Origin: Felis catus
Lineage: Eukaryota
Direction: 5' to 3'
DNA: 64,000 nucleotides
NCBI RefSeq assembly: GCF_018350175.1
Contig: NC_058369.1
Location: forward strand, 13,208,001-13,272,000
Shown here: in pieces, positions 56,301 through 64,000 of the stretch
Numbering within the stretch: the first letter of the stretch is position 1
Layout of the letters: every line of letters begins with the position of its first letter
Notes under the pieces: generated by a model
The model's input: the letters and a program-made list of their open reading frames with translations, nothing else
The model's database searches: none
Told to the model about the DNA's origin: nothing
Position numbers and translations under genes: made by a program

Positions 56301-58451
56301 CAGCTGCGTGCTGTCTCCTGTTCTCGCCCCTCCTAGTTTTCCCGCCCGGGTCCCCAGTCTGTGCCTCTGCAGCTGAGCGCCCACTGGCAGTGCGGGGGGA
56401 CCCTCACTCAGGTGTCGGTGGAGTACAGCTACCGGCCCGGCGCCACGGTCGTGCCCACGCCCCTCACCAACGTCCAGATCCTGCTGCCCGTGGGGGAGCC
56501 CGTGACCAACATCCGCCTACAGCCAGCCGCCACCTGGTGAGGGTGTGCGGGAGGGAGGCCGGAGGAGGCTCAGCACTGGCCCAGGACCCTCCCGGGCCTC
56601 CCCTCGATGCAGCAGCTAAAGGGTCCCCCGTGGGTCCAACCGTTCCGTGTGCACTCGCCTTGCTTAGAGCCGAGGACGACACGCTGAACCATAATAATGT
56701 TGGACACCAAGGGCTTCCTGTGTGTCAGGCGTGTTCCACGTGCTCCATACACGCTGACCGGCTCAGGGCTTCTAGCAACCCCTTGAGGTGCGGACAGCCG
56801 TCATTCCCACTTACGGAGGCAGAACTGAGGCACAGAGGGGCCGAGTCGCTTATCTGAGGTCATACCAGGATTTGAACCCAGACAGCCCCTCTCTGCCCTG
56901 GGCTATTTTTTTGGAAGTTTCTTTCTTTTGAGAGAGAGAGTGCACACGGGCGTGTGCGCGAGCAGGGGAGGAGCAGAGAGAGAGGGAGAGAGAGAATCCC
57001 AAGCAGGCTGCACGCTCTCAGCACAGAGCCTGACCTGGGGCCGAACCTCAACGAACTGTGAGACCACGACCTGAGCCGAAAGCCAGAGTCTGCCGCTTGA
57101 CCGACTGAGCCGCCCTGGCGCCCCTGCCCTGGTCTCTTTAGTCGCCACGCAGCGTTGCCTTTGTTTCGTGCCAAAGCTAGAACCTGGCGCAAAGAAGCCA
57201 GGCTTAAAGGACTTGAGTGTGTGATCTAAAGATGCTGCGAGGCCCTGGGGTCCCCGGGGACCAGCTGCTCCATACCCCACACCCATTTTACAGATGGGGA
57301 AACTGAGGTGGGGGAGAGGGGACCTGGCTTGCCGGGGTCGTGTAACTTGAGAGGTGACCAAGCTGGGACCCTGGGCTCCCCGTGTCCTCTCGGGGAGAGA
57401 GCTGACCAAGCTTTTTCTTGATGCCAGGAATCTGGAGGAGAAGCGGCTCCTTTGGAAGCTTCCAGATGTGTCTGAAGCAGGGGGTGAGTTATGGCTGTGC
57501 AGGAGATCGCGGGGGTCTCGGGTGGGAGGGGCTTATTGAAAATGGGGGAGAATTGGGGATGTGCTCGGGGTGGCGGAGCGTGGGCACGAAGGAAAGCTTG
57601 AAAGGGCTGTGACAAAGCTGTGAGGGAGGACACGGCGGGAGGCAGGCATAGCAGGTACAAAGGCCCTGAGGCAGAACTCCTTTGCAAATTACACATAGCC
57701 CCACGGGGCCAAAGGAGGAGGGTACCGGGGCACAAGCGGAGGTCAGAAGGGGCAGACGGCGGCCACAGATCAAAAGGCCCCAGGAAGAGCCCAGGTCACA
57801 GCAGGACTCGACTCGGGCTGAGGCCGGGGCACGGCTGACCTCAGGCCTCCCCAGGCTCTGGCCACCTATCCGCCAGCTGGGAGCCCTGCTCGGGGCCCAG
57901 CACGCCCAGCCCTGTGGCTGCCCAGTTCACCAGCGAGGGGGCCACTCTGTCTGGCGTGGACCTGGAGTTGGTGGGCAGCGGCTACCGCATGTCGCTTGTA
58001 AAGAGGAGGTTTGCCACAGGTATGCCCCCCCCCCATCCGGCTGCTGCGCCTCCCTGGAGCCGGGCCCCCTGCTTCTGCCAGGGCGCGGGGGGAGGGGGAG
58101 GAGTTGGGGCGTTTGGGAAGGTCGGTGGGCGTTGGGCCCTGGAGGCCCAGGTTGGTGGGCTCAAGTGGGGAGAAGTAACAGGGCCCCAGTGGGAGGGGTC
58201 AGGAAGGGCCCCCCGTAGGGTGTCCTCGCCAGGACCCAAGGCAGGAGGCCAGAAGCCTCACTGCCACGCAGCTCCCAGCCCATTCCCCTGCCGCCACAGG
58301 GGCTGCTGGGGCCCACGGGGCACCCGGAAGAGTGAATTACAGGGGTGCTTTGAGGAAGATTGGGAGGTCCCAGGGTAGGGGCAAGGGATCCCCCCTCTTC
58401 CTCCCTGCTCACGGTGCCACCCGCACAGGGATGTACCTGGTGAGCTGCTGA
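38348..58451 (+). CDS. FCHO1: F-BAR and mu-homology domain protein FCHO1 (clathrin-coated pit nucleator), 26 coding exons, 887 aa
   Basis: 26 exons sum to 2664 nt in one open frame from [26 protein letters not shown] to [13 protein letters not shown]; includes one GC-AG and one AT-AC intron. Confidence 0.96.
39311..39340. promoter_or_regulatory. Tandem RFX X-box motifs (intronic)
   Basis: GTTGCTAGGTAAC 39311-39323 and GTTGCCCCTGGCAAC 39326-39340. Confidence 0.55.
39641..39718. repeat. 39-bp imperfect tandem duplication
   Basis: Two units starting ggcacctacat, 5 mismatches. Confidence 0.85.
40897..41310 (+). mobile_element. Two tandem carnivore SINEs (~40897-41094 and ~41097-41310)
   Basis: Two gggg(c/g)(g/c)cct heads with SINE bodies. 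Confidence 0.88.
41335..41665 (+). promoter_or_regulatory. Promoter-like motif cluster around FCHO1 coding exon 2
   Basis: Reverse CCAAT (ATTGG 41340-41344), KLF GCCACGCCCC, X-box 41415-41427, several Sp/KLF boxes at 41601-41662. Confidence 0.5.
41480..41571 (+). CDS. FCHO1: FCHO1 coding exon 2
   Basis: [31 protein letters not shown]; cag|..|gtgagg. Confidence 0.95.
42603..42677 (+). CDS. FCHO1: FCHO1 coding exon 3
   Basis: [25 protein letters not shown]; donor gtgagt. Confidence 0.95.
43730..43871 (+). CDS. FCHO1: FCHO1 coding exon 4
   Basis: [23 protein letters not shown]...QLKIHKK. Confidence 0.95.
44050..44505. mobile_element. MER58-family element interrupted by a SINE
   Basis: ccaggggtctgca...gagctaagaatgg...agatttcagtgccagtaaatacagctttattgg. 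Confidence 0.55.
44133..44377 (-). mobile_element. SINEC_Fc-type SINE
   Basis: Full body. Confidence 0.9.
44524..44712 (+). mobile_element. Carnivore SINE
   Basis: SINE body. Confidence 0.85.
44963..45182 (+). mobile_element. Young SINEC_Fc
   Basis: TSD aaaaaatggcctag; CpG-rich. Confidence 0.93.
45504..45656 (+). CDS. FCHO1: FCHO1 coding exon 5
   Basis: [15 protein letters not shown]...SQKEMDK. Confidence 0.95.
45756..45860 (+). CDS. FCHO1: FCHO1 coding exon 6
   Basis: [35 protein letters not shown]. Confidence 0.95.
46342..46571 (-). mobile_element. SINEC_Fc
   Basis: TSD ctatgtaaccttttt. Confidence 0.92.
47202..47300 (+). CDS. FCHO1: FCHO1 coding exon 7
   Basis: [33 protein letters not shown]. 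Confidence 0.95.
47394..47490 (+). CDS. FCHO1: FCHO1 coding exon 8
   Basis: [32 protein letters not shown]. Confidence 0.95.
47665..47845 (-). mobile_element. Rearranged SINE with (TTA)n tail
   Basis: Antisense SINE containing a short sense-orientation head fragment. Confidence 0.7.
48417..48461 (+). CDS. FCHO1: FCHO1 coding exon 9 (GC donor)
   Basis: [17 protein letters not shown]|gcaagt. Confidence 0.88.
48579..48657 (+). CDS. FCHO1: FCHO1 coding exon 10
   Basis: [25 protein letters not shown]; donor gtgagg. Confidence 0.88.
49159..49183 (+). CDS. FCHO1: FCHO1 coding exon 11 (25-nt microexon)
   Basis: DSLEPDSG; cag|..|gtgagt; required for frame. Confidence 0.85.
49509..49566 (+). CDS. 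FCHO1: FCHO1 coding exon 12 (U12 AT donor)
   Basis: [19 protein letters not shown]; followed by ATATCCT. Confidence 0.9.
49567..49997 (+). other. FCHO1: U12-type AT-AC intron
   Basis: 5' ATATCCTCC, branch site CCTTGAC 49981-49987, 3' CAC; removal restores frame. Confidence 0.9.
49998..50176 (+). CDS. FCHO1: FCHO1 coding exon 13
   Basis: [28 protein letters not shown]...LPPGPG; donor gtgagg. Confidence 0.92.
50262..50286 (+). CDS. FCHO1: FCHO1 coding exon 14 (25-nt microexon)
   Basis: GTMKRHSS; branch-like cctaac upstream; donor gtgagc. Confidence 0.85.
50624..50675 (+). CDS. FCHO1: FCHO1 coding exon 15
   Basis: [16 protein letters not shown]; tag|..|gtgggt. Confidence 0.87.
50925..51138 (-). 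mobile_element. SINEC_Fc
   Basis: TSD tcgtggc(c/t)c(a/g)ggttt. Confidence 0.9.
51446..51537 (+). CDS. FCHO1: FCHO1 coding exon 16
   Basis: [30 protein letters not shown]. Confidence 0.92.
51895..52170 (+). CDS. FCHO1: FCHO1 coding exon 17
   Basis: [29 protein letters not shown]...AVAGG. Confidence 0.92.
53294..53508. mobile_element. MER20 (hAT MITE)
   Basis: ctctcaacc...ggggacacttggcagtgtc...gggtggaggccaggga..gctg...ccacggtgcccaggacagtcccc. Confidence 0.7.
53998..54110 (+). CDS. FCHO1: FCHO1 coding exon 18
   Basis: [37 protein letters not shown]. Confidence 0.92.
54226..54313 (+). CDS. FCHO1: FCHO1 coding exon 19
   Basis: [29 protein letters not shown]. Confidence 0.92.
54450..54558 (+). 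CDS. FCHO1: FCHO1 coding exon 20 (start of muHD)
   Basis: [35 protein letters not shown]. Confidence 0.95.
55257..55412 (+). CDS. FCHO1: FCHO1 coding exon 21
   Basis: [21 protein letters not shown]...PNADLLF. Confidence 0.95.
55729..55861 (+). CDS. FCHO1: FCHO1 coding exon 22
   Basis: [19 protein letters not shown]...[11 protein letters not shown]. Confidence 0.95.
56337..56536 (+). CDS. FCHO1: FCHO1 coding exon 23
   Basis: [19 protein letters not shown]...RLQPAAT. Confidence 0.95.
56905..57124 (-). mobile_element. Carnivore SINE
   Basis: SINE body; flanking tgccctgg repeat. Confidence 0.85.
57428..57483 (+). CDS. FCHO1: FCHO1 coding exon 24
   Basis: [18 protein letters not shown]. Confidence 0.93.
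57855..58019 (+). CDS. FCHO1: FCHO1 coding exon 25
   Basis: [10 protein letters not shown]...[32 protein letters not shown]. Confidence 0.95.
58429..58451 (+). CDS. FCHO1: FCHO1 coding exon 26 (terminal coding part)
   Basis: cag|GG ATG TAC CTG GTG AGC TGC TGA. Confidence 0.92.
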
Positions 58452-58662
58452 GCCCGCAGAGGCCGACCGGCACCGCTGGCCCCAGCTCTGCACTGTCCTG
58501 GTGCTCGCTGACTGACCCCCGCCTTCCTGCCGGACCCTGGGCGCCCCCCCCCCGCCCCCCGACTCCGCGGAGAGGAGACCCACACCCAGCCTGGCTGAGT
58601 CTGAGGGTCACTCCTGCTCCAGCCAATTCTCACGCGGGTCCTCGGACTTTTAATGTTCTTTG

Positions 58663-58687
58663 AATAAACACTTTATTTTCTAATAAA
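58663..58687 (+). terminator. FCHO1: FCHO1 polyadenylation signals
   Basis: AATAAA at 58663-58668 and 58682-58687. Confidence 0.85.
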
Positions 58688-59444
58688 ATAAATAAGCCTT
58701 TTCCTGCTCCAGGAAATTTCCTTCACGTCGCCGGAGAGGAGAGGAAGGGAAGATGGCTGGATGGGTGGGGAAGATATAATAGCCCTAATGTTCCCTCATC
58801 ACCCCGCCCCCCACACTATGCAAGGTGGCACCAGGGGGAGAAAAAGCCAGACACAGGCGCCCCGGGCTCCATGGACATCTGGAGCTAGCAGAAGGGACTA
58901 GAGGAACCCAGAGGAGGATGTCAGATTCTTCCTAAAGAGAGGGCATTATAAATGGGGCTCTGACGTATGAATAAGAGTTTGCAAGATGGGGATGGGCATC
59001 CCAGGCAAAGGAATGGGGACTTGTGAGTCCTGAGAGAAATCAGTCAATCCACAAACATTAATTGACTACCTACTGTATGCCAGGCTGTGAGCAGGACAGC
59101 GCTCTTGGAAGCTATGAGGCTCTGAAGCCAAAAGGTCTGGGTTTAGAGCCTGCTTGGCCACCGGTGGCCGTGTGACTTTGTGCGAGTGACTTAACCTCCC
59201 TGGCCTCAAGTTTCCTCCGCCGGAACCCACCTCAGTCAGAGGCTGTAGGGAGGTTGCACACTTTGAAGACCACCTGATACGGAATGAGCTCCCCCGCAGG
59301 GCTGGGCTGGCAGCTGTTGGGAGCCAGGGCGGAGGGCAGCACACATGGGCAAGGGGTGTGGCCTGAGTGGGGCCCAGGTCAGTCCGGGTGGACACGTGAG
59401 GATCCTGAGCCCACACAGATCCTGAGGACCAAGCCGGGGCCAGA

Positions 59445-59481
59445 TGGTCCTCCCACTTGGTCCTCCCACTTGGTCCTCCCA
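59445..59481. repeat. 13-bp tandem repeat (tggtcctcccact) x~2.8
   Basis: Direct reading. Confidence 0.9.
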
Positions 59482-59755
59482 AGACACAAGGTACCGACCG
59501 TGTGTGGGCGGGGGGGCGGGGGAGGTCTGGGTGTGCCTCAGTTTCCTCATCTGCAAAACGGGGGGAAAGCCTCTAGCTGGGAGACGTCTGGGGGGCATCA
59601 ACCACCCAGTGCATCATCGTCGGTACCTGCATGGACGGCAGTTTACAGGAGTCGCTGTAACAAACGGGGGCGTTCCAGGCCGCGACGGCTCCAGGCTCCA
59701 GCGTGCTCACTTTGTCGCCTCAAACAGGTACGGCGCTGAGACTTCAGAGCCAACT

Positions 59756-59945
59756 GGGGCGCCTGGGGGGGCTCAGTCGGTGAAGCGTCCGACCTCGGCG
59801 CAGGTCATGATCTCGCGGTCTGTGGGTTCGAGCCCCGCGTCGGGCTCTGTGCTGATGGCTCACAGCCCGGAGCCTGCTTGGGATTCTGTGTCTCCCTCTC
59901 TCTCTGCCCCTCCCCTGCTTGTTCTCTCTCTCTCAAAGATACATA
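59756..59945 (+). mobile_element. SINEC_Fc
   Basis: SINE body. Confidence 0.9.
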
Positions 59946-59949
59946 CACT

Positions 59950-60282
59950 TTTCTTAAGTGAGCGATTCAGTGACATGGTACAGCCACAATGTAGTACAAC
60001 CATCACCTCTATCTAGTTCCAGAACATTTCCATCACCCCCCAAAAGGGGACCCCGTCCCCATCAGCTGTCACTTCCCCTCCCCTCCCCCAGCCCCTGGCA
60101 ACCGCCAACCTGCTTTCTGTCTCTGTAGACCTACCTGTTCTGTACATTTCCTATGAATTGAGTCGCGCACTATGTGTGGCCTTTTGTGTCTGGCTTCTTT
60201 CACGCGCCGTGTTTTTGAGGTTCAGGCATGTCGTAGCGTGTCAGTGCTTTATTCCTTGTTATGACTAATAGTCCATTGCAGG
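59950..60282 (-). mobile_element. L1MB-type 3' end fragment
   Basis: ttccagaacatttccatcacccc...cccagcccctggcaacc...ctttctgtctctgtaga. Confidence 0.75.
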
Positions 60283-60285
60283 GGT

Positions 60286-60650
60286 TGCTAACCTTAAAAA
60301 TAAGACAGCAAATATTTTACCGGCAAAATTGGTTTATTCGAGATCAAGAGAGGAACTGCACTTGGGACACGAAAGCTACGGCAAAACCTAAGCATGTCCA
60401 AGAAACAAAGGAGAGGTATGTTGTTTCATAGAGGAGGAGGAAGCCAGGATGGGGTTGTTTTGGACCAAAGTCCATTGGAGAGAAGTGGGAGTTGGGACAA
60501 TTTCTTGTAGGAGGTGCAATGCCCCTCCTTTCCTGTTGGGGTCGCTAGTTGCTGATTCTTTCCCCTCGAGGATTCTTCTGTCCGAGTCTGTATTTGACCG
60601 TCCTTCCCGTCACTGACGTTGAGGGGTAGGGCTCCCTCTCCTGGCGCCAC
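60286..60650 (-). mobile_element. Probable ERV 3' LTR
   Basis: Minus-strand AATAAA (tttatt 60333-60338) ~47 nt before a terminal CA; lies downstream of minus-strand pol/env remnants. Confidence 0.5.
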
Positions 60651-60785
60651 TTTTTGTGTTTGTTTTGGGTTTTTTGTTTCGTTTTGCTTTTGTTTCAAGG
60701 TTTCCTTTAAATTCTAGTTAGTTACCATATGGTGTAAATTTGCCCAGATCTGAGAACAGCCAACTAAAAATATTTATTGGCACCG

Positions 60786-61110
60786 GGGCTCGTGGCTGGC
60801 TCAGTCCGTGGAGCGTGAGACTTTTGATCTCGGGGTTGTGAGTTGCAGCCCCATAGTGGGTGCGGAGATTACTGAAAAATAAAATCTTTAGGGCACCTGG
60901 GTGGCTCAGTTGGTTAAGCGTCCGACTCTTGGGTTCCGCTCAGGTCATGATCTCATGGTTCGTGGGTTCAAGCCCCAAGTTGGGCTCTACGCTGACAGTG
61001 CGGAGCCTGCTTGGGATTCTCTCTCTCTCTCTCTCTCCCTCTTTCTCTCTGCCCCTCTCCTGCTAGCACGCACTTGAGCTCTCTCTTTCTCAGAATAAAT
61101 ACACTTAAAA
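60786..61110 (+). mobile_element. Two tandem carnivore SINEs
   Basis: Short SINE ~60786-60889 and long SINE ~60890-61110. Confidence 0.85.
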
Positions 61111-61727
61111 AATATTTTTTAATACAAATAATTTTAAAAATATCGGCACTTATTCCAACAGGGGAGAAAAGTTCTCTCTATGGAGGCAAACCCAGAGGCG
61201 TGTATGCCTCCTGGAAGTCCCTGCTTAAAGCGGGCATGGAAATAGAAGAGTGACAATAGCAGGAGTACACTGAAGGAATTTACCAGATGCATTTGGGAAG
61301 ATACGGGGCAGGCGACAGCTAGTGAATTTTTTGCAAAACAGCACGACTTCTAAGAAAAGGTATGCAGGCCGGCTCCGCGGACATCGTGGGGACGTCGTCA
61401 CGTCAGATGTCACCGGCTTCGGTTCTGGGGAAGTCTTGACTTACGAGTCACCAGACGGTACGCAGGCCCAGCCAGGGTTAGACAGGTCACACGAACCCAA
61501 GCCTGTTCTCTGTGGCGTCTGGTGGCACAAGGGTGGTTAGCGGTACCTGAGAAGGGCCTCCCCAGCGAGGCTGAAGACCGCCTCCCTGGAGGTGTCTCTT
61601 CCAAGAGGTGAAATCACCAGGTTGGCAAGGGGTGATGCTTAAGGTCGTCGGCCCCCGGGGAGCGGGCTGTGAAAAGATCTACCACAGCAGGGTTAGTTTC
61701 TCCTAGAAGCTATTAGGGTTTTACAGT

Positions 61728-62092
61728 TTTGTTTTTTTTTTTTTTAACGTATATTTATTTTTGAGACAGAGAGAGACAAAGCATGAACGGGGGAGGGGCA
61801 GAGAGAGGGAGACACAGAATCTGAAACAGGCTCCAGGCCCCGAGCTGTCAGCACAGAGCCCGACGCGGGGCTCGAACTCACGGACCGTGAGATCATGACC
61901 CGAGCCGAAGTCAGACGCTTCACTGATTGAGCCACCCAGGCACTCCCTTTTTATTATTATTTTTTTAAATGTTTGCTTATGTTTGAGAGAGAGCAGGCAC
62001 TGGAGAGGGGCAGAGAGAGAGGGAGACAGGGGATCTGAAGCAGGCTCTACACTGTCAACGCAGAGCCCGATGCAGGGCTTGAACCCACGAGC
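61728..62092 (-). mobile_element. Two antisense SINEs (~61728-61947 and partial ~61955-62092)
   Basis: SINE bodies. Confidence 0.85.
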
Positions 62093-62632
62093 ATTGGAAG
62101 CTGTATGAAATCCATTGTGCAAACAGGTTTCCCAGGATTGTATTTTGAACAGGTGAGACAAGCGAGATAGGCACTTCTGGTGGCTTTATTGCCATTCCCC
62201 ACCAGCACTGGTTCATGGATGCTCTCATTTTGTTAAGAGACCAATGGCTTAGTGCCTATACAGTGGTGACTCGTGGGAATTTCAGGATTTCTGCTAGGGC
62301 CGAATTCCTTGGTCCAAACCAGAGTTCTCTCTTTTTATCAAACCAACAATTATTAGATTCCCAATATTGTTTTTTCCTTTTCCGGAGCCAATTATTGGAT
62401 GTCTCTGGTCAGTCGTTTCCAAATTATCGTGTGGGAGAATGTCCCTTTGGACCATGACAGAGGTTTAGCCATTGGCTTTCTGGAGAGCAGCATTTGGGGC
62501 AGAAACATCAGCGAGGTGGTTTATTTTGTCCTCCAGGGATTTGAGTCTGGAATGCCTGGCCATCTTAATAATAGCCTGAGAAACCAGCACATGTATGGCA
62601 GCTAATAAATTTTGGACACAGGAGCCATTTTT

Positions 62633-62851
62633 TTTAATTAAATTTTTAAAAATGTTTATTTATTTTTGAGAGAGAGAGACAGAGTGTGAGCAGGGGAGGG
62701 GCAGGGAGAAAGGGAGACACAGAATCCGAAGCAGGCTCCAGGCTCTGAGCTGTCAGCACAGAGCCCGACGCGGGGCTCGAACTCACGAACCACGAGATCA
62801 CGATCTGAGCCGAAGTCAGACGCTCAACCGACGGAGCCACCCGGGTGCCCC
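62633..62851 (-). mobile_element. SINEC_Fc
   Basis: Full body. Confidence 0.9.
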
Positions 62852-63327
62852 AGGCCTGTTGTTTTTAGTAAGCCATATGGCGATTGAGCTTGAAGAGAGA
62901 AGTTCTGCCAGTAGTGCTCCAGTCCAAGAAAGCCTTGTAATGGGCACTTATTTTCAGATTTGGGGAAATTCAGGATGCCTTGAAGGCTGCCTGGATCCAA
63001 ACTTGTTCTGAGACCAAGTGAGCGAATAGCAATTTTTCTTTGGAGGCTTTATGGCCCTTTAAGGTCACAAATGTTAACAGGTGGATGCTGTCTTTCTGTG
63101 AAGAGGTTTCAGAAGGGGAGCAGAGAGGCCACTCCTGGGCATATGGTAACAAAGTAGAACCTTCAGGAAAGGTTATGGTCATCCAAATCAGCTGCGAAGA
63201 TTTGTGAAAAGAAGGACCCTCTGCCAAGCCGAAGGCGTTCCTGCCCAGGTATATTGCCATCCTTCCCAAGTGAAAGCAAAAAGGTATTGGCTTTCCTCGT
63301 CAATTGCAATACTCAAAAAACTCGCTG

Positions 63328-63513
63328 AGGGATGTCCGGGTGGCTCAGTGGGTCAAGCATCTGACTTCAGCTCAGGGCATGGTCTCATGGTTCATGAGTT
63401 CGAGCCCCGCGTTGGGGCTCTGTGCTGACAGCTCAGAGCCCGGAGCCTGCTTCGGATTCTGTGTCTCCCTCTCTCTCTGCCCCTTCCCCGCTCTCTCTCA
63501 AAAATAAATAATA
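63328..63513 (+). mobile_element. SINEC_Fc
   Basis: SINE body. Confidence 0.88.
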
Positions 63514-63516
63514 ATA

Positions 63517-64000
63517 GGGATACAGGAGTGCTGAGGCATAGGGGGACTCGTACCCCAATGTTTATAGCAGCACTCTCAACAATAGCCAAATAGGGGCGCC
63601 TGGGTGGCGCAGTCGGTTAAGCGTCCGACTTCAGCCAGGTCACGATCTCGCGGTCCATGAGTTCGGAGCCCCGCGTCGGGCTCTGGGCTGATGGCTCAGA
63701 GCCTGGAGCCTGTTTCCCATTCTGTGTCTCCCTCTCTCTCTGCCCCTCCCCCGTTCATGCTCTGTCTCTCTCTGTCCCAAAAATAAATAAACGTTGAAAA
63801 AAAAATTAAAAAAAAAACAAAAAAACAATAGCCAAATTATGGAAAGAGCCTAAATGTCCATCAACTGATGAATGGATAAAGAAATTGTGGTTTATATACA
63901 CAATGGAATCCTACGTGGCAATGAGAAAGAATGAAATCTGGCCTTTTGTAGCAACGTGGATGGAACTGGAGAGTGTGATGCTGAGTGAAGTAAGTCCTAC
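63517..64000 (+). mobile_element. Felid L1 ORF2 3' end, runs off the window, interrupted by a SINE
   Basis: ccccaatgtttatagcagcactctcaacaatagccaaa...ggatggaactggagagtgtgatgctgagtgaa. Confidence 0.85.
63593..63823 (+). mobile_element. Young SINEC_Fc nested in L1
   Basis: Perfect TSD aacaatagccaaat at 63578-63591 and 63824-63837. Confidence 0.93.

Larger units (their letters stand above)
61140..63327 (-). pseudogene. Degraded class I (gamma-like) endogenous retrovirus pol (RT, RNase H, integrase) and possible env fragment
   Basis: Minus-strand translations: SIAIDEESQYLFAFTWEG; GSTLLPYAQEWPLCSP..DSIHLL..LKGHKASKEKL; LQGFLGL; NHLADVSA; CLTCSKYNPGK..MDFIQL; QPGDF..WKRHLQ..LQPRWGGP. Confidence 0.8.

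Noticed and set aside
59445..59481. Short direct repeats as a CRISPR-like array
   Set aside because: Simple tandem repeat without spacers in mammalian DNA
60640..60660. TGGCGCC as an ERV primer-binding site
   Set aside because: Only 7 nt match a tRNA-Lys PBS, and the position is wrong for a minus-strand provirus whose internal region lies at higher coordinates
11715..63823. tRNA-like A/B boxes in many places
   Set aside because: They are tRNA-derived SINE heads; no intact tRNA cloverleaf was identified
12564..63828. Recurrent ORF family beginning [23 protein letters not shown]
   Set aside because: These are translations of SINEC copies, not a gene family

Overview
Mammalian genomic DNA, almost certainly a felid, judged from abundant tRNA-derived SINEC_Fc-type SINEs. 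Two complete plus-strand multi-exon genes were reconstructed by hand from splice sites and reading frame. MAP1S has 7 coding exons (2275-19127, 3195 nt CDS, 1064 aa). FCHO1 has 26 coding exons (38348-58451, 2664 nt CDS, 887 aa; F-BAR, linker and mu-homology domain), a CpG-island promoter near 32.0-32.3 kb and probable alternative promoters near 35.3 and 41.4 kb. Introns and intergenic DNA are filled with SINEs, L1, MaLR/MER21 LTRs, DNA transposons and a degraded class I endogenous retrovirus at the right end. Nearly all entries in the ORF track are GC-rich or repeat-derived noise. I found no wholly new biological system. The most notable items are a minor-spliceosome AT-AC intron with a nearby GC-AG intron and 25-nt microexons in the FCHO1 linker, four RFX X-boxes in the FCHO1 5' region, a locally templated 39-bp insertion in a SINE head, and the ERV pol/env remnant. 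Repeat family names come from recalled consensus sequences, and repeat boundaries are approximate.
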